Positions 25,906 to 40,054 of a stretch of 64,000 nt of DNA are shown piece after piece (position 1 is the stretch's first letter; every line of letters starts with the position of its first letter). The notes under the pieces are model-generated. The model was not told the DNA's origin. It saw nothing but the letters and a program-made list of their open reading frames with translations, and made no database searches. The position numbers and the translations under genes are program-made. This stretch comes from Glaucostegus cemiculus (Eukaryota), in assembly GCA_976551045.1 (NCBI GenBank), contig CDPCPM010000060.1:3782001-3846000 (forward strand), written 5' to 3'.

Positions 25906-28275
25906 TATGCAAAAGTGCAGGCCACTCTTACAGAAACAAGTTGTCATTACAAATGTCAGGCCTGCTTCAGCAGTACTTAATGAGTGTCTGTCTAAGAAGG
26001 CCCCAGTCTGAAGATCAGCACTGAGAAATGATTAGTTGAGAATTGAGGTACACTTAGCTCTGTTAGGGTCTGCCATTACAATGCAAAGTAGACCATGCCT
26101 CCCCTCAAACCATTTGCAGTGCAGACAATTTTTAGACTTTAAGAGAATCTAGGGATAGGGGGTTAGTGCTAGAAGTTAATACTAAGGTAAGAGATCAGCA
26201 GTGGATTTATTTGAAAGGCAGAGCAGCACAAGGGGACAACTAACCTCTTCCTGTTCCTACTACTTATGTATTCACCCCATCTCTCGATTTCCTGACCTGA
26301 TACTGGTACACCCAATCCTCTCCCTCCTTCCTACTTACCCTCCCTCATTCCCCACCACAGTGCAGCCCCCAATCCAGACCCATGCTCCTGTGAAAGGCCA
26401 AAAGGAGGATATGCCTCTGAGAGTGTTAAACAATCATGGTCTGTTCTAATGACAGCATTGAAGAATTTCTTGGCCAAATGTGTCCTTGCCTGTTTCCATT
26501 TGGATCTTTGTTTGCCACTCGATGGGGTGTCACTTGATGGGATGCAAGGAAAAGCAAGGTGGTTTTCCAACAATGGTCAAGGAAAATTGCTGACCAGTTG
26601 CTTGGGTCTTAACTGGTGCAAGAGCCTAGATTTATAAATGTAACATGTGTGCAAGTGAAAGGGAGAAATCACTTGTTGAAATAGACCTATTTGGCATACA
26701 CTTCAGAAAGAATACCATTGATTGTGGAGGTAGGGAGGCAGTGCCAGAGCAGTGTGGCATTCAAAAGCCTGGATGGTCAGAATCTGTTTGATATTGATGA
26801 AAGTATTTAAAATGTCTTTCAGAAGCAGTGAGAAATTGAAAAAAGTTCCTCTGCACTGGGTATATGGGAGTGATGTTAAACTGAAATTTTTATTCTAATT
26901 GGGATAGTGTTTTCTCACTGTGGAAGGGGTATTTTCTTCCTTTTTCTTTTCAACAATAAAAAACACGTACTTGGAAATTGGACTACACCAACTCTGTTGC
27001 ACTGATTATATACCAGGAAAAGCATTAAAACTTACCTGGACTCCTGGAAACACTACATGAAATTGAACAAAAATGGATGAAAGGTAGCGCTATATTGATG
27101 TGATGGTGCATTGTGTGATATACTGCTGTATTTTTTTGGTAAGTTAAAAATGATTTGGGGTTTACTGTGATCAAGGCAGAAGGGATGGAAATATTCCTTA
27201 TTTCATTTGTTGAAGGTTTACAAGTGAACTGATTAAGGCTCTCGCTGTTTAGTTTCTTAGCTATATAATACTTGTCCATTACGTGGCATTAATTGGATTC
27301 TCTGACTGTAGGAGTCCATGGACACTGCTTTATCAAACTGGCAAACAAGCAATTCTATAGCAATGCATAAATTAACAGATATTAAAAAAAAACCACCGGG
27401 AAAATAAAAGAAGCCATTACTCCTCACTTCAAATGATGCTTCTTGATTCTGTCTGAAGCAACCCCACTTACACCTATGTTTTTGAAACATGGATAAGTTA
27501 AGGCAGTTAGTACAGATTGTGTTAAACAGTGCTCCTCTGTAGTACAGAAATGGTTGGAAAGTCAGTTTGTCTGCAAACTCTGTCAATGAGGGCTTGGTCA
27601 CAGCTAGGCCAATCAACATACTTCCAGGCAGCAGGACTTAGCCATAGAACCAGTTGTAAATTAGGAACTCTGGCCTTTGAGTCTGACTTGCACCACATAC
27701 TGGCACACCTCCTGAGCCCAGTCTTCAAACATACCACAGTTTAGAATCATACAATCACACACCACAGAAGGATGCCATTTTGCCCAGTGAGTCTGACTAG
27801 CTCTATACAAGGGTAATCCAGTCAGTCCCATTCAGTTCATTCCAAAGTGTCTCTGCAACTCTATATTCTTGTGAATGAGACTTTGTATTAATGACTTTCA
27901 AAAACAGTTTGAACAGCAGGCAATGTTCTAGCCTTGTGAAATACATAACCCATGTTGAAGCGAATCTGTCACTCCATTCTCAGATCTTTGAGCTGCTATT
28001 TTATTGCCTTAAATGTAAACAAATCTGACATTCAATATTGTTTCATGCTTATGGAAACCACATCAACAGGTTTTCCCTGTCCTGAAATATTGCAAGCTAT
28101 TATGTTATCTCATTTGAGTTGGAGACAACTAAGAAGTAAAACACCAACTCGTATCATTGAGGATAAAACAAGAATATGTACAACAGTAAGGGCTGGATGC
28201 ATATCCAGCAGTATTTATCTCTGCCAGGATTGACACAAAAAAAATCTCACAAAGCTATTGGTTCTTTTTGTGCAG

Positions 28276-28384
28276 GAACGGGTGCCCTTTGAGAATCTTG
28301 CACAGCAGCTGACAGGAAAAACAGGTGAAGATGTGAAGGTTGGTCCAGGGGTCATTGACCTCACAAGGCCAGAAGATGCAGAAG
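28276..28384 (+). CDS. sox6: Sox6 coding exon ERVPFENL...[14 protein letters not shown]
   Basis: Acceptor tgtgcag|GAA and donor AAG|gtgagt. 109 nt, phase 0 to 1. Matches SOX6 [14 protein letters not shown]. Confidence 0.95.
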
Positions 28385-29989
28385 GTGAGTGGGTGACCCT
28401 AAGACAGAACAAAATCTCCTTTAATGAATTCAGTGAGTAGTTAAATAAAGTAAATTTATTGTTGCTAGTTTTACATATACTTTTTTTCATTATTATTAGT
28501 TTCTTGCCATGAGAATCAATAACAGCTAACTTATTGCAATTATAGTTTCATTCACTGCTTCATTGTAAACATTTTAGAAAATTGTTATGGACAACATTTG
28601 AAGAGTAGTTCATGTTTAAACATGTAAAATGAATAAATATACCTCGTTTGGTATATTTCTAGATGTGCCTGTGTGAAGTCACACATGTGCCATCTGATCT
28701 GATGTAGGAAACTTGAATTATCACTCCTCCAGGCATTTTCAAAGCAATTGTGAGATTTCGGAGTCAAGTATAGTGCAGGCAGAAGATGCTGTTATCACTT
28801 TTTACATTAACTCCAAGAAGAAACCCAGTGAATCTGGACTCTGATCCAATTCCTACATTCCTAACGAATCCATCTGTCTACATCCCCTCTAGTTCATAGG
28901 ACGCAATGCTCTGTACATTTACAATGGCTTACTGGGGTAACAGACAACTGCTTTCTGGATGTTAGTGAAGATTAATGTATCAGAGTTCTGTGGAAGTTAT
29001 GTGTTGGGATTTGTTAGGGTTGATCTTATGAGAATGACACTGCTGACACTCTTTGAACCTTATGGGAGTAATGCTTTTCTTATTGTCCAGTAGGTAAATC
29101 ATTTTAAATTCCATTACTGGATGTCCTGAAACTGTCATAAGATGGGAGGAAAGAAGAAGAATATTTGGATCTCTAGAGTAAAAAAAAGCAATGAGTTTCA
29201 CGTTCTTCTCAAATCTTTCAGACTGAGCATACATTTTCTGAGAGAAATTTGCAACAACTCCCCAAATGTAACATCATTTCCTTGATTTATTTACTAGACT
29301 TTTGATATTGCTAAGTGTATTCCTGAAACAGAGTAAGTCTAGAAGGCAAGGATAATTGGGCTAGGTGCACAGATATAATTTGGTCCAAATTTAGAAGGCA
29401 CAGGCTTTGATTTTACTAGGACACCTGGGATGGTGAGCAGTTAAAATTGCAAAATATAAATCTCTTCCCCTGTTCCCACTTATGAGCAATTTAATTCTGG
29501 AGCTCAGCTCAGGAACATGATCCCTGTAAGTAGATAAAGGCCTTATCAATAAATCCAAAAGAATCTAGTAGCATCATTTGACCCCAGCACAATTCTAAAT
29601 GGGCAGCAGTGACAAGCAGTCTCTCGCAGATGCCAACACATCTTTCTCTACCCAAGTGGGTTTGACTGGCTCAGCAGCAGTGAATGTTTTTGCGTGCAAC
29701 TGCATCATTGGACGTTCAAGTCTCCAATTTCCCCACCTCACTTCTACCCATGTCACTGGCCAGTGGGATCTCAATGCTCCTCACAGAAACTTTCCACCAG
29801 CAGTCCTGAATCCATTAAGGGGGACACCCTTAGAAATGGTTGAGTTAGTAAATCATTCATGGAAAGCACTGTAAGGATCATTGATTGGCACACAAAGCCA
29901 CTGATGTCCCATGGTGTTTCCACCTTGTTTCCCTGGGTTTGTGTGAATCTCCTCAATCCACTGCAGCTTTCCATTAGCAGGATTCTGGG

Positions 29990-30298
29990 GGGGTAGCACA
30001 GTAGTAAGCTGCTGCAGCAGCTGCCTCTCAGCTCCAGCAATCTGAGTTCATTCCAGAACTCCAGAGGTGGCCGGTGGAGTTTGCATGTTCTCTCTGTGAA
30101 TCTGTGAATCCTAAAGCTATGCGAATTGTCAGTTTGCCCATAATGTGTAGGTTAGTGGTAGAAACTGGGAGGAGGGGGAGGGGAGGTTGATGGGAATGTG
30201 GAAGAATAAAATGGGAATAGTGTACGATTAGTGTAAATGAGTGTTCAGTGATCAGCATGAACTCAGTGAGCTTTTCCTGTGCTCTTTAACTCTATGAC
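29990..30298 (+). mobile_element. Decayed V-SINE (HE1-like) with internal deletion
   Basis: GCTGCCTCTCAGCTCCAG head, GTGGAGTTTGCATGTTCTC and a CR1-like tail ACTCTATGAC. Confidence 0.7.
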
Positions 30299-32709
30299 AC
30301 GATCAAAACATATTAATAAAGTAATTCATTAGAAACCATGTGACTTGTTAAGCTATTTCTTTTTCTAATTAACCAATTGTTTCTCCAAGTAGAACTTACC
30401 CTGACTAGTGCTTCAGTCAACTAACCAGTCAGTCTGTTTTGTCTCGTGTTAGGATGGCTGATTCTCCTTGCTGAATGTAAAGCCAATGGGTGGAGGGTGG
30501 GAGTGGAGAAGAGAGAGCCACATTGGAGAGCTTGCAATACTCAGCAGTTGAACCCAAGAGCTGTGTGAAGTTCCTCAACTGACTGTAATGCAAGGACTCC
30601 ACCCAACTAAATGGGGACAGTTTTTCTGTCTCGTTAAACCAGTGGATTAGTCCATTGAGGAGTGCTGCAAAAGTACTTATCCTGTTCATCTCTCTCTTGT
30701 TTAAATAGCTATTTCTCCTTATAAAGCACCTCAGCTCCACTATCTTCAAAAAAAAGTACATTTGGAGCTCTAAGATTATTTGGAGGCTCAGAGCCAGATA
30801 TTGTCTTTCTGACTGCCCTTTCGTTGGAGTAAAACCCAAGCATTTTCAGAGAATTTTGAAAATAAGGACATTATATTTAGGCAGCCAGACCTACTTATTG
30901 ATAGCGACCAGTGAACAAGAAGCCACATCACTGGCCTTGGTGGGTAGGGTAAGTGCTCAGCCCATGTGAGTCCAGAGAAGTAGCAGTTTCTCCCTCTGGT
31001 GGCAGTGCTTATATCTGATAATGTTTCTAAGGGTACTGGTGTAAACTGTCTCCTTGGGTAGGTGTTAGTACCTTCAGTGCTCCTTCAAGTTCTTCACACC
31101 ATTGTCCCCCTGTCCTCCCTCTCCTTCTCTTAAAGCTGGGACCACCATCGTTGGCAGGGTTGTACAGCAGAGGCAATGTCTGCCTCTGTGTTCTCAAGCT
31201 TCTCAGCTCCTCAGGTCCTTTTTATGTGCCTGTGGGTATCATTTGTTGCTCATTTTCAAATCTGTCTTTGTGCTTGTGTATGTGCTTTTTCAGTGTTTAC
31301 ACATGTTCACAACCCTCTGCCTAGTCTATATGCCTCTCATGTGAATGCACCTCCAGGTGTGTGTTTCTTGAAACTCATGCCTTTTGTACATCTTGGTCTC
31401 TCTCACTCTCAGTGGAAAGTAGTGCTATCACTCAACCACCCATTAAATATCTCTCCTGATTTTCATTTCTATTGAACCTAATATAGTCTGTGCATACTAT
31501 TGATCAAAATTATTACCAGAGCGTGAATTTTATAGATGTTTTTGGACTTATTTTATACATTGTGTAGAGAATTCTTATCTTCCAACTGTGTACAATTATC
31601 ATTGTCTTAAATTTTCAAAACTCTTGTTACTATTTTATCAAATTACTGTTCCTATTGGTTAGACAACTGAGTAAAAATATGCTGCACATTCAGAGCAAAC
31701 TCAGACTGTAATATAATTTATTTTCCTCTTGCAACATTTAGGTGTAAACTGTGGGGAGTGCTTGCATGACAAAAGCTACATCTACTTTTGTGTTTCTCAT
31801 CTGTAACTGCAAAGAGAAACAATTCCTCCTGTGCCAATATTTGTCATGCATAAATATTTGTAACAGTTACCATGGTAGTTTAGAAAAAAAGACAAGAAAC
31901 AGTAAATGTTGAAAGTTACACCGGGAACAAGGATAAATATTTCTGGACAAGAATTTAAACTTTAGATAGCGTGTAGGTGAAATTTTGGAAATGTTATCAC
32001 ACAGAGTGACTGTGGTCAGAAGAGAAGAGTAAGATTTTCCTTCATTTTCAGTCAACCGTATGTCACATGCATCAATTCATCCCACAATCATTAGGTCTAT
32101 TTTTTAACTGCTCAGATGTAAAACATTAGCAGATACCACAAAGGCTTCAGTGAGGTCTTTTGTTCTCTTCCATGTGGTGGGTTTGCAGGTCCTGTGCTGC
32201 TTGGGTAGCGTGTTTGCTTTAGCTTGCTCTGTCGGGAAGGGAGGGGGGTAGGAACACAAGACATCTAAGCAGGAAATAGACTAATCCAAACGTGGTTTTC
32301 AACAATATTAGACAAATTTTAAAAGGGACTGATTATCCATTACGATGGAATTGACTCCATATGGACTTGGTAATAATAAGTCTATTTTATCCCCCAGGTT
32401 TCAATTGATGGTTCAAATTTCCTCCTGTCTAAGAATTCATACAGAGGGAAATCTTTAACATTCTCAACGATCATGGCTGTTGATTCCACTTTAGAATACA
32501 AACTTGTGAAACCAAAAGCTTTTCCTTTTCCTCTTAATGTTACAATGAGGGAATATTAATTTACGTAATTCAATGAGTGTCTTGTTATTCAAACACAATG
32601 TGTGATTCCTTTCTTGGCCAGCCAAACGGCATGGATAGAGTGTTACCTAAAGTGCTTTGTTACAACAGCATATTTGTTCCTTTGCTCTACAGGGCTACTC
32701 CCCTCCGCG

Positions 32710-33035
32710 CCTGTCCTGAAGGTGCTGACTCACATGGCGTTTACAGCTGCCAGCCATCCTCAAATGGTGTATCTTCCCAGTGAGCCTGACTAATGAGTGG
32801 TAGCGAGCTATTCAATTATGACAGCCATTGCATCCAGTCCTGGTTCAGTGCTCAGCCTGTAATTTTTCCACAAGCACACACACTTTCATTTAGGGGTCAC
32901 TGGGCAACAATTAAGACAGGGAACCCTGGCTGATTTTGTTTCCTCCACCTTCCCAGTTACGATGATTTGGTACCACCCGGGTGGAGACCAACTAACTTAG
33001 CATGAATCAAGGATCAGAAATGAAACCTGAATGTT
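32710..33035 (-). mobile_element. Old SINE-like element
   Basis: Motifs CCTGAAGGTGCTGACTC, AGGGGTCACTGG and CAGGGAACCCTGGCTGATTTT resemble an elasmobranch tRNA-SINE as I recall it. The family is not verified. Confidence 0.4.
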
Positions 33036-33869
33036 TATGGGCCATTTTGACTTTGGACAGTTAATTTAATATTTGAGTTTTAAATTCCACAATTCCTTTG
33101 ACATAAGGAAGCGATCCTTGGAAACAGTGAATGGCAAAATATAACCAAATTATCAATTCCAATTACACAAAGATCCCAAGTTAATTGCTTAAGGAACAGT
33201 TAGCTACCTCTCAATTGCATGCAGACTGTTTGAAAAATCCACAGTTTATTAATCAATATTTTAATTCCCAATTACTGCTTTTTGTCACCTCCAAATGTTA
33301 TGATTCCAATTGAAAGCTGATTAAGCATATTTGTGTGGATTTTGTTAAAGACTGTAATCTGAAAGCTTTTGAAAAATAAATCCTTAAATCAAAATACAAA
33401 TACATAACATAAATTGGACTTTGGCTCCAAGGCAAAATTATACTGATGCATTGTAAATGATATATTGTCACTTAAAAGAAATGCTGTTACTTTTACTGGA
33501 CCACAACAGCTATGATTTGAGATGGTTACAAATCAAATGTACACAACACATCGTTCAAAGTGAATCATCCTTAGGAGGGAAAAAAGCTGTGCTGTGCTTT
33601 TCTTCAGAGAAAAATTTCAATACTGAAGTAGATGTAGAAGAATTAGGTGACAGACATCAGCAAATTATTCCTACATTTACTACCACTGGGCCACCTCTTG
33701 AACTCTTGCGTGGTTTGAAAATGGGAATGAACACTGCTAAAAGAAAATCAAAAGAGTGAAAGCACTTTCCCCTTTTTTATTCATTGGTAAGAAGGATGGC
33801 ATTTATATCCAATTATTAATTACTCTTGAAATTTTGGTTAACATGCAAATACAGCAAGTAACTAAAAAG

Positions 33870-34485
33870 ACAAAGAGAGAGGACTGTCCTTTATTGCTAG
33901 AGGGGTGGAGTGCAAAAATTGGGAGGGCTTGTTACTACAACTCAACAGGGAATTGTTGAGATCACTATTGCAGGATTGGGGAAATTTTTGGCCTCCTTAT
34001 TTAAGAGGGATATGCCTGTGAATACAGCAAAGGTTCACTGGATTGATACCTGGAGTGAGAGGTTAACTAAGAGGAAAAATTGAGCAGATTGGGCTATACT
34101 CTAGAGTTTTGAAGAGTGAACTGATCTCATTGAAGCATTTAACTGAAGGGGTTTGGAAGGGGAGATGCTGTGGGCATACTTCTCGTCATGGAGGAGTCTA
34201 AACCTAATGGACATAGTTGCAGTTAAATGTTTGGCTCTTAGGATTGAGATGAGGAGGAATTTCTTCTTTCAGAGATTTGTGAACCATTGGACTTCTCCAC
34301 CCAAGGTAGCTATGGATCCCATGTATTAAAATATATTCATTGCTGTGATAGACTTTTGGGATACAAGGGAATAGAGGCTTATGGGAATCAGGCTGCATGA
34401 GCCCAAAGTCTGGATCTCATTGAACGAACGAGTAGGCATACAGGGTTACATGGTCTCCTCCTGCAGCTACTTCTTATATTTTTAT
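33870..34485 (+). mobile_element. CR1 LINE ORF2/3' fragment
   Basis: GATTGGGCTATACTCTAGAGTTT...GATCTCATTGAAGCAT...GAGATGAGGAGGAATTTCTTCT, the decayed LGLYSLE/DLIE/RRNFF region. Confidence 0.75.
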
Positions 34486-34678
34486 ATCTCATGAGCCACC
34501 TTCTTCAGCTGTTGCATTCTATTTGGTGAATATACCCAGTGTTAGGTTCAAGGCTTCTGCCCAGTGAAGATTCATATGTTTTACACATTAGGATGGTGTG
34601 TAACTTCAGGGGGAAATTGGAGATAGCAGTGTTTCCATTCATCTCCTTCAAGGTGGTATGGGGATTATGGATTTGAGA

Positions 34679-34847
34679 TCAACAAACAATCTGCTGGAGG
34701 AACCCCGCGGGTCGAGCAGCATCTGTAGGCAGAAAGGAATTGTCAGCATTTCAGATCGAAACCCTGCATCTGGACAGTCCTGACCTGATGCTGCTCAACC
34801 ACTGAGTTCCTCCAGATTCCAGTATCTGCAGTGTCTTCTGCCTCCTC
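34679..34847. mobile_element. Foldback (Penelope-like) insertion with perfect 12-bp target-site duplication
   Basis: Arms CTGGAGGAACCCCGCGGGTCGAGCAGCATC / GATGCTGCTCAACCACTGAGTTCCTCCAG. ATGGATTTGAGA occurs at 34667-34678 and 34848-34859. Confidence 0.85.
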
Positions 34848-37800
34848 ATGGATTTGAGAGGTGATTTTGAAGTAACCTTGGCTTGTTGCTGCTGCACATG
34901 TTGTAAGTGGTACACAATACGACCACAGTGGAGGGGGTTGAATTTATGATGGAATAGAGTCAAGTAAGCAGGCTTCTTTGCTCAAGATGGGGTCAAGTTC
35001 CATTTGCTCTTGACGCTACACTGATCCAGGCAGGTGGAAAATATTCCATCATGTTTTTCAGTTATGCCTTGAAGAAGATGAAAAGCCTTGAGGGAATTAG
35101 AAGGTGAGCCATATATTGCCACTGAATGTTGACATGATAGATTATCCTTTGTTGGAGGTGGTCATTACCAGGCACTTCAGTTGCACAGATGTTATATATC
35201 ATCTATTAGTGCAAACCTAACCCTATCCCCAAAGCCATCAAATTGAGTGGATAGACTGTGCAAAGTCCAGCTCAGTGTTTCAGTGTTATATTGCACGACT
35301 AGCAGTTTAATAAAGATCCAGTGATGAGAGTTTAGCATCTAAGTGCCACAAAGAGTGATTGAGCTTAAATGAATCTTGTTCTAATGACAGCATTCCATTG
35401 AGCCACGAGTCCTGATCCTTGCATTGGCCTGTATCTTCTGCCTCCTTTTCTTTTCCCACAAAGGTCTTCGAGGTGCATCACCATCTTCCACTGTCATCAG
35501 CATTGTGTAGAGCAGGGCAGACCACCAACATTCTGGACCCTATGGCTGGTGCATATCGAAGGTGCTTCCACACCTATTATGGTTCTTGATGTGCATCTTC
35601 AGATTGATAGTAGCTGTCTCAAAGAGATTTCATGTTGTTCAGTGGCTATGGTTCCTGAACTTTATTAACTGAATTCCAAAACAGGAATTTCTCAAAATTT
35701 CTACCATTAGAGAAAAGCCATTTACCAAAAATCAAATCCTTTTAGAAGTTTCACCACTAATCAGAGGTTTTGAGCTAAACTCTACATTTATATTTAAGAT
35801 GATTCAAGCAAAGCTTTGCTTTCTCCTGATAGAGGGCAATGTAACTTAATTCTGTGCTATTGGCTTGTGCTACTTTAATATAAATTCCAGTGTGAAGATA
35901 TCTGCAGCATAACTGCAGCAATGAGAAAAGGTCACTACTATTCCAAAACTTAGATTAAATCATTCTCTTCGAAGTGTGTTTGTTTATATTCTTTAAATTT
36001 CCCTCTTCTCTCATTACATTGTTTCCTGAAGCAGAACAGACAATGTTTGCGTGAGTGTTAATTCTTTTCAGGAGCCCATTTCACACACTGGATTCCTTTG
36101 TGACAGCCTGTCTGCTGTGGCACAAAGACATAGTCAAAGATCAAGTGAAGAGTTTTGGCATTTGGCTGCATATCTCAACCACTTCAAGTGTGGGCCTGCT
36201 TTAGACAGGTGTGATTAGGTACTATAGTTTTAAGGACATTTGTATTTATGATCCAAGTGAGGAGCTATTCAAAAAAAGATTCCAACAGTGTAAACACATG
36301 CTGTAAATCAAATTCTAAAATAAGTTCTGCTCGCAAGACTTACCAAATGGATAATATGCCTGTCAAGTATTCTTGTTTACATATAGGCTGGAATTGAAAA
36401 TCCCCATTACCTGACCCTAAGGTATGAGCAATTTGTACCTGTCAGTGGACCACTCACTTGCTTACAATTTACAAACAGAAAAAGCCTATTTCTTATAATC
36501 TCACTTATGCTCATTCAAATAAGCAGAACACAAACAGTTATCCTGCAGGTTATGTTCAGTTACTATGAAATACATCGAAGGGCTCCCCTTGCACAATGTA
36601 ACCGGTGTAATTCCTTTTTAAATTATTGTGGATCTCAATGGATACATAATAGGCAACATCATAAGTGTTAAGCTTTCTTTGTAAATATCGCTGTTTCTCA
36701 ACAAATTGGCAATGATCAAATCAAGGAAAGTCTATACACTGGCAGAAAACAATTTTTTTTTGCATAGTAGCAGAGATGGATACATTTTTTGTGATTTTTA
36801 AAAAAGATTTTAATCTACTTTCAGGTTTCAGGTATAAGCTATTAAACTTGATGTTTAAAGTAGACATCAATGTTCTGTGATTGTACCCAGATTTGTGTTT
36901 TGCACCCAAGTTAACCACACTTTATAAAAGCATTGGGTCTAAATTGTATTGTATAATATTAGACATAACTACATTAACATGTTTGGATGAAGACCCTATC
37001 CACCATTTTAATGTTTTTATTAAAACAGAACTGAAAGGAATTTCACACAGCTGCATAATTGTTATAGCTCCTACTATAACACAGCAAAATTCCAACTCTT
37101 GGTGAGCTTTGACATTTACCATGCAATCTGAGTCACTTAGTTGTAGGTATCTGTTATTTTTGACTGTTCTGACAGTTTGGGGAAAGCAGTTTATACATTT
37201 CTGCACATTTACCTCTGCATTATTCATCTTCAATGGTGTGCTGATAGCAATTTACAAAAGTCAGGCTCTATATTGTGATGCAGCACTCAAGAGGTTAAAC
37301 ATTGTTAGAACAACTGGAGTCTGGCAATTACAAAGTGATTGAATAGTTTTAGATATCACAGGCACGCATGTGACTATAGATAATACAGACATGTCAGCAC
37401 ACACTGCAGGAGGGTGTAAAACTAACTTCAAATGCCTTTCTACTGCTCTCTTAATCAAGGACAATATATCTAAATTCCTACAACAGAATTTTCTGTTTAA
37501 ATTCAAATTCACTTGTGAAATCTAAAAGGACCCATTGCCAATCTACCTTTAAAGATCTGATGATCATGGTGTTGTGTCTGCAATGGCCATGAGTTGTTTG
37601 GATGTTAACTATTATTTGAAAACGCATTATCTGAAACTGTGCACTAGCTTGAACTCTTTCCTCTAGTAAAGAGAAATTTGAAAGGTGGATGACAAACCCT
37701 ATAACCTAGAATTTGGACCCATTTGTTCTTTTTGTATGTGCAAATATATAGAAAAAGTGTGTGGTGCCTGTTTGTAAGTATTGTGCACATTTTCTATTGG

Positions 37801-38659
37801 GCATTTCCTGTCCTGATCATCTTCAGCTAGTATCATTTTCCAGTTGTGTTTTGCATCCTATTAATGTACAAGGTGACTTACCAACAGAAATTGGACGAGA
37901 ATCCAATTGGATTTACGACCTTCCATAAACAAGGAGTACATCACACTGAAAAAGTGAACTGTGGAGGATTTAAAGTTCTGCTCTGCGACATTTTTGATGT
38001 ATTTTACATATATTCCCACCACAATCCCCCACATTCCCCCTCACCCCACATTGTTTCAAAGTATGAAAAATCACATTACCAGAGGCAATCAGCACAGATC
38101 AAAGCATCTGTGCACTGATATTGTCAAGTCACAGATGCCTAAGTCTGTGTCGCAGAGGCTGCTACTTCCCATGGCAACTGCTCCTCCCCGGCATATTTGG
38201 CCCCACCCCTGTGTCATTACTTGCCTCCCCACTTTGGCACGATTTTCCTCTCTACCCATCCCAAAGATTCCTGGATCTCCAAACCTACACCACCCAGACC
38301 AAATGTAACATTGGAGTCCCCAATTATTTGAAGGGCAATTCCCAACCGGGAGGTTAGGAGAAAAAATTGCAAGTTAGTTTATTTATTTTTATTGATGTTA
38401 TTTTAATGTTTCTTATTTTTCTGGACCATTGCTCCAGTTACTGTGAATTTGAATTTCACCAGGACAGACACAGTAAAAAACTTTTAAAGAAGCTTCCTGG
38501 CTTTGACAAGAGTCAAGTCTCCATGGTCAGCCTCTCTTCCACCAAAGACAGTTGTTCTGGTGTGAGATAGCCAGCCTCAGTGGTATGAGAATCCTTATAA
38601 CACTTCACTGGTCACCATCCAGGTCTGGAAGATCAGATAGTTCAGCCTTCCACATCTTA

Positions 38660-39175
38660 CCATGGTTTGGCCACAAATGGAGTATTTTGTCCAGTCATGG
38701 GCACTACACCTTAGGAAATATGTAAAAATTTTTAAAGAGGGTATAGAAGAGATTTACCAAAATGATTCCAGGGATGAGAGACTTCAGCTTTGTAGACAGA
38801 CTGGAAAAGCTAAGGTTGTGAGGAGATCTAATAGAAGTATTTTCCATCAGGAAGTTACACACATATAAGATGAGGATGAGTCAAGAACAAGTAGACATAG
38901 AATGAAAATGATTGGCAAATGGACCAGAAGTGGTACCAGAAAAACATTTTTGCACATTGAGTGGTTAGGGTCTGAAATAGTGTACAAGGGGGAGTAGAAG
39001 AGGCAGATTCAATTATAAAGTTCAAAAGGAAGGTGGATAAGTATCTGAAAGGAAGGGCTGCTAAGGCAAAGGGAGAGGTTGGGGGAGTGGGTCTACGTTT
39101 ATTGTTTCTACATAGTACTGGTAGGACATGGTGAGCTGAATGGCCTCCTGCTGTGCTGTAACCATTCTGTGATTC
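38660..39175 (+). mobile_element. CR1 LINE ORF2/3' fragment
   Basis: Translation VWPQMEYFVQSWALHLRK resembles CR1 VRPHLEYCVQFWSPHLRK. Tail GCTGAATGGCCTCCTGCTGTGCTGTAACCATTCTGTGATTCT. Confidence 0.8.
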
Positions 39176-39329
39176 TCAGGGTGTTACAGGAGAAGTGCCA
39201 AATCCAGATTGATTCATCTCCAGGATTTTGACCAGACAAAGTCTAGTATACTCCTCTTTCCTTAGAAAAAAGGGGATCATGACTGAACAGTAAGGGAATG
39301 GTTTTAATTGTACTAATGGAACTTTGCTG

Positions 39330-39545
39330 ATGGACAGAGGAGTTATCTCCTGTCCTGGCCAATATTTATTTCTCTACACTTTAGTATTACATGGCAATAT
39401 TTTTAATCAACCTCATTAAAACAAATTATCTGGTCAATATCATGTCACTGGTTGTGAAAGCTTGTTATGGGAAAATTACCACACTATCCATGCTTTAAGG
39501 TACTTCATTGCTTGTAAAGTGCTTTGGGTCTTCCTGAGGTCCCAA
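39330..39545 (+). mobile_element. DeuSINE (SacSINE1/AmnSINE-like) 3' fragment
   Basis: TGTCCTGGCCAATATTTAT...ATTATCTGGTCA...GTACTTCATTGCTTGTAAAGTGCTTTGGG. Similar to 54555-54960. Confidence 0.7.
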
Positions 39546-40054
39546 ATTCAAGGCTTTTTCTTTCTACTAGTTTTAAATTTCCTCTGCATTCCTCTGATCA
39601 TTGGATATTATTTTAGCAGAGGATCTGTAAATGTTCAAAGAAATGGCTGAAGTGTCATTGATAACATTTCTCCAGCTCTCTGCAGATTTTCCAGTGAATT
39701 TTCAGATCAGTGAATCACAGAGACAGATTGCCCAGTGAAACGCTTGGTTGTGGGGGAGGGTGGGGTCACAGCTTTAGTGGTTTGCAACAAAGCTGTTGCT
39801 GGGAGGATAACAATGCATGGGCCCGGAGACAGAGACTCCAGTGACACATGGAGCTGGCAGAGTTCAACTCATTCCTTAACCATAGCAATTACTTAACTAG
39901 TCGAGAGCCAGAATTCTGGACCACTGATCCAGTAAATGTGACTATGAAGTCCCACTTTGCAGTTGGGGTACTGAAATTTACGTAATTAAGTAAATCTGGA
40001 CCTTGAAAAGAATTGCTAGTCTTAAAAATGGAGTGAACATAAAACTCAAGGGTT

